Assembly: GCA_038087875.1 (NCBI GenBank)
Contig: CM075994.1
Coordinates: forward strand, 3,908,001-3,972,000
From: Malacoraja senta
Taxonomy: Eukaryota
Reading direction: 5' to 3'
Length of the DNA: 64,000 nt
Positions 63,764 through 64,000 of the stretch are shown in pieces. The position numbers were made by a program, and so were the translations under genes. How positions within the stretch are numbered: position 1 is the first letter of the stretch; each line of letters starts with the position of its first letter. The notes beneath the pieces were generated by a model. That model had not been told where the DNA came from, did not search any database, and saw only the letters and a program-made list of their open reading frames with translations.

Positions 63764-64000
63764 GCAGCACAGTGGTGTAGCGGTAGAGCTGCTACCCTAC
63801 TACGCCAGAGACCCAGGTTCGATCCTTACCTCGGGTGTTGCTTTGTTGTCCCTGTGACAGCGTGGCTTTCCTCTGGGAGCTCCGGATCCCTCCCACATTC
63901 CAAAGAAGTGCAGGTTAGAAGGTTAGTTAGCTTCTCTGAATTTCAACGAAGGTGAGATAACATAGCGCTGGTGTACGCGTGATTGATGATCGGCGTGCAC
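63764..64000 (+). mobile_element. tRNA-derived V-SINE (HE1-like); an older copy lies at ~63085-63250
   Basis: A box (tggtgtagcgg), B box (ggttcgatcc), then V-domain-like gcgtggctttcctctgggagctccgg..ctcccacattccaaaga. Confidence 0.82.

Noticed and set aside
63764..63840. tRNA gene
   Set aside because: tRNA-like head continues into a SINE body; no complete cloverleaf evident.
1..64000. Viral, Polinton or transposase hallmark genes that would explain capture of the gene block
   Set aside because: None seen in this window; a vector origin remains only a hypothesis.

Overview
Vertebrate nuclear DNA; the repeat content (CR1, L1/Tx1, L2, Rex1/Babar, Penelope-like fragments, HE1/V-SINE-type tRNA SINE) points to a cartilaginous fish, probably a skate or ray (inference). 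There is no intact host gene, and roughly half the window is retrotransposon debris, partly nested. The main result: the non-repetitive DNA between the repeats is not anonymous. Hand translation across stops and frameshifts shows a densely packed, heavily decayed copy of a conserved vertebrate gene block: TWF1, TMEM117 (x2), NELL2 3' end, IRAK4, PUS7L, ADAMTS20 (in separated pieces), PRICKLE1, ZCRB1, YAF2, GXYLT1 (x2) and PDZRN4 (x2). In human these are chr12q12 neighbours spread over megabases. Here exon remnants sit almost back to back: introns are shrunk to tens or hundreds of bp or absent, intergenic DNA and many poorly conserved linkers are gone, and the block is locally shuffled and duplicated. 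All protein comparisons are by eye against human sequences recalled from memory. Single matches are weak; the confidence comes from collinear exon order, surviving splice sites and synteny. Paralog assignment (e.g. TWF1/2, ADAMTS20/9, PRICKLE1/2, GXYLT1/2, PDZRN4/3) rests mainly on synteny. Pseudogene boundaries are approximate.
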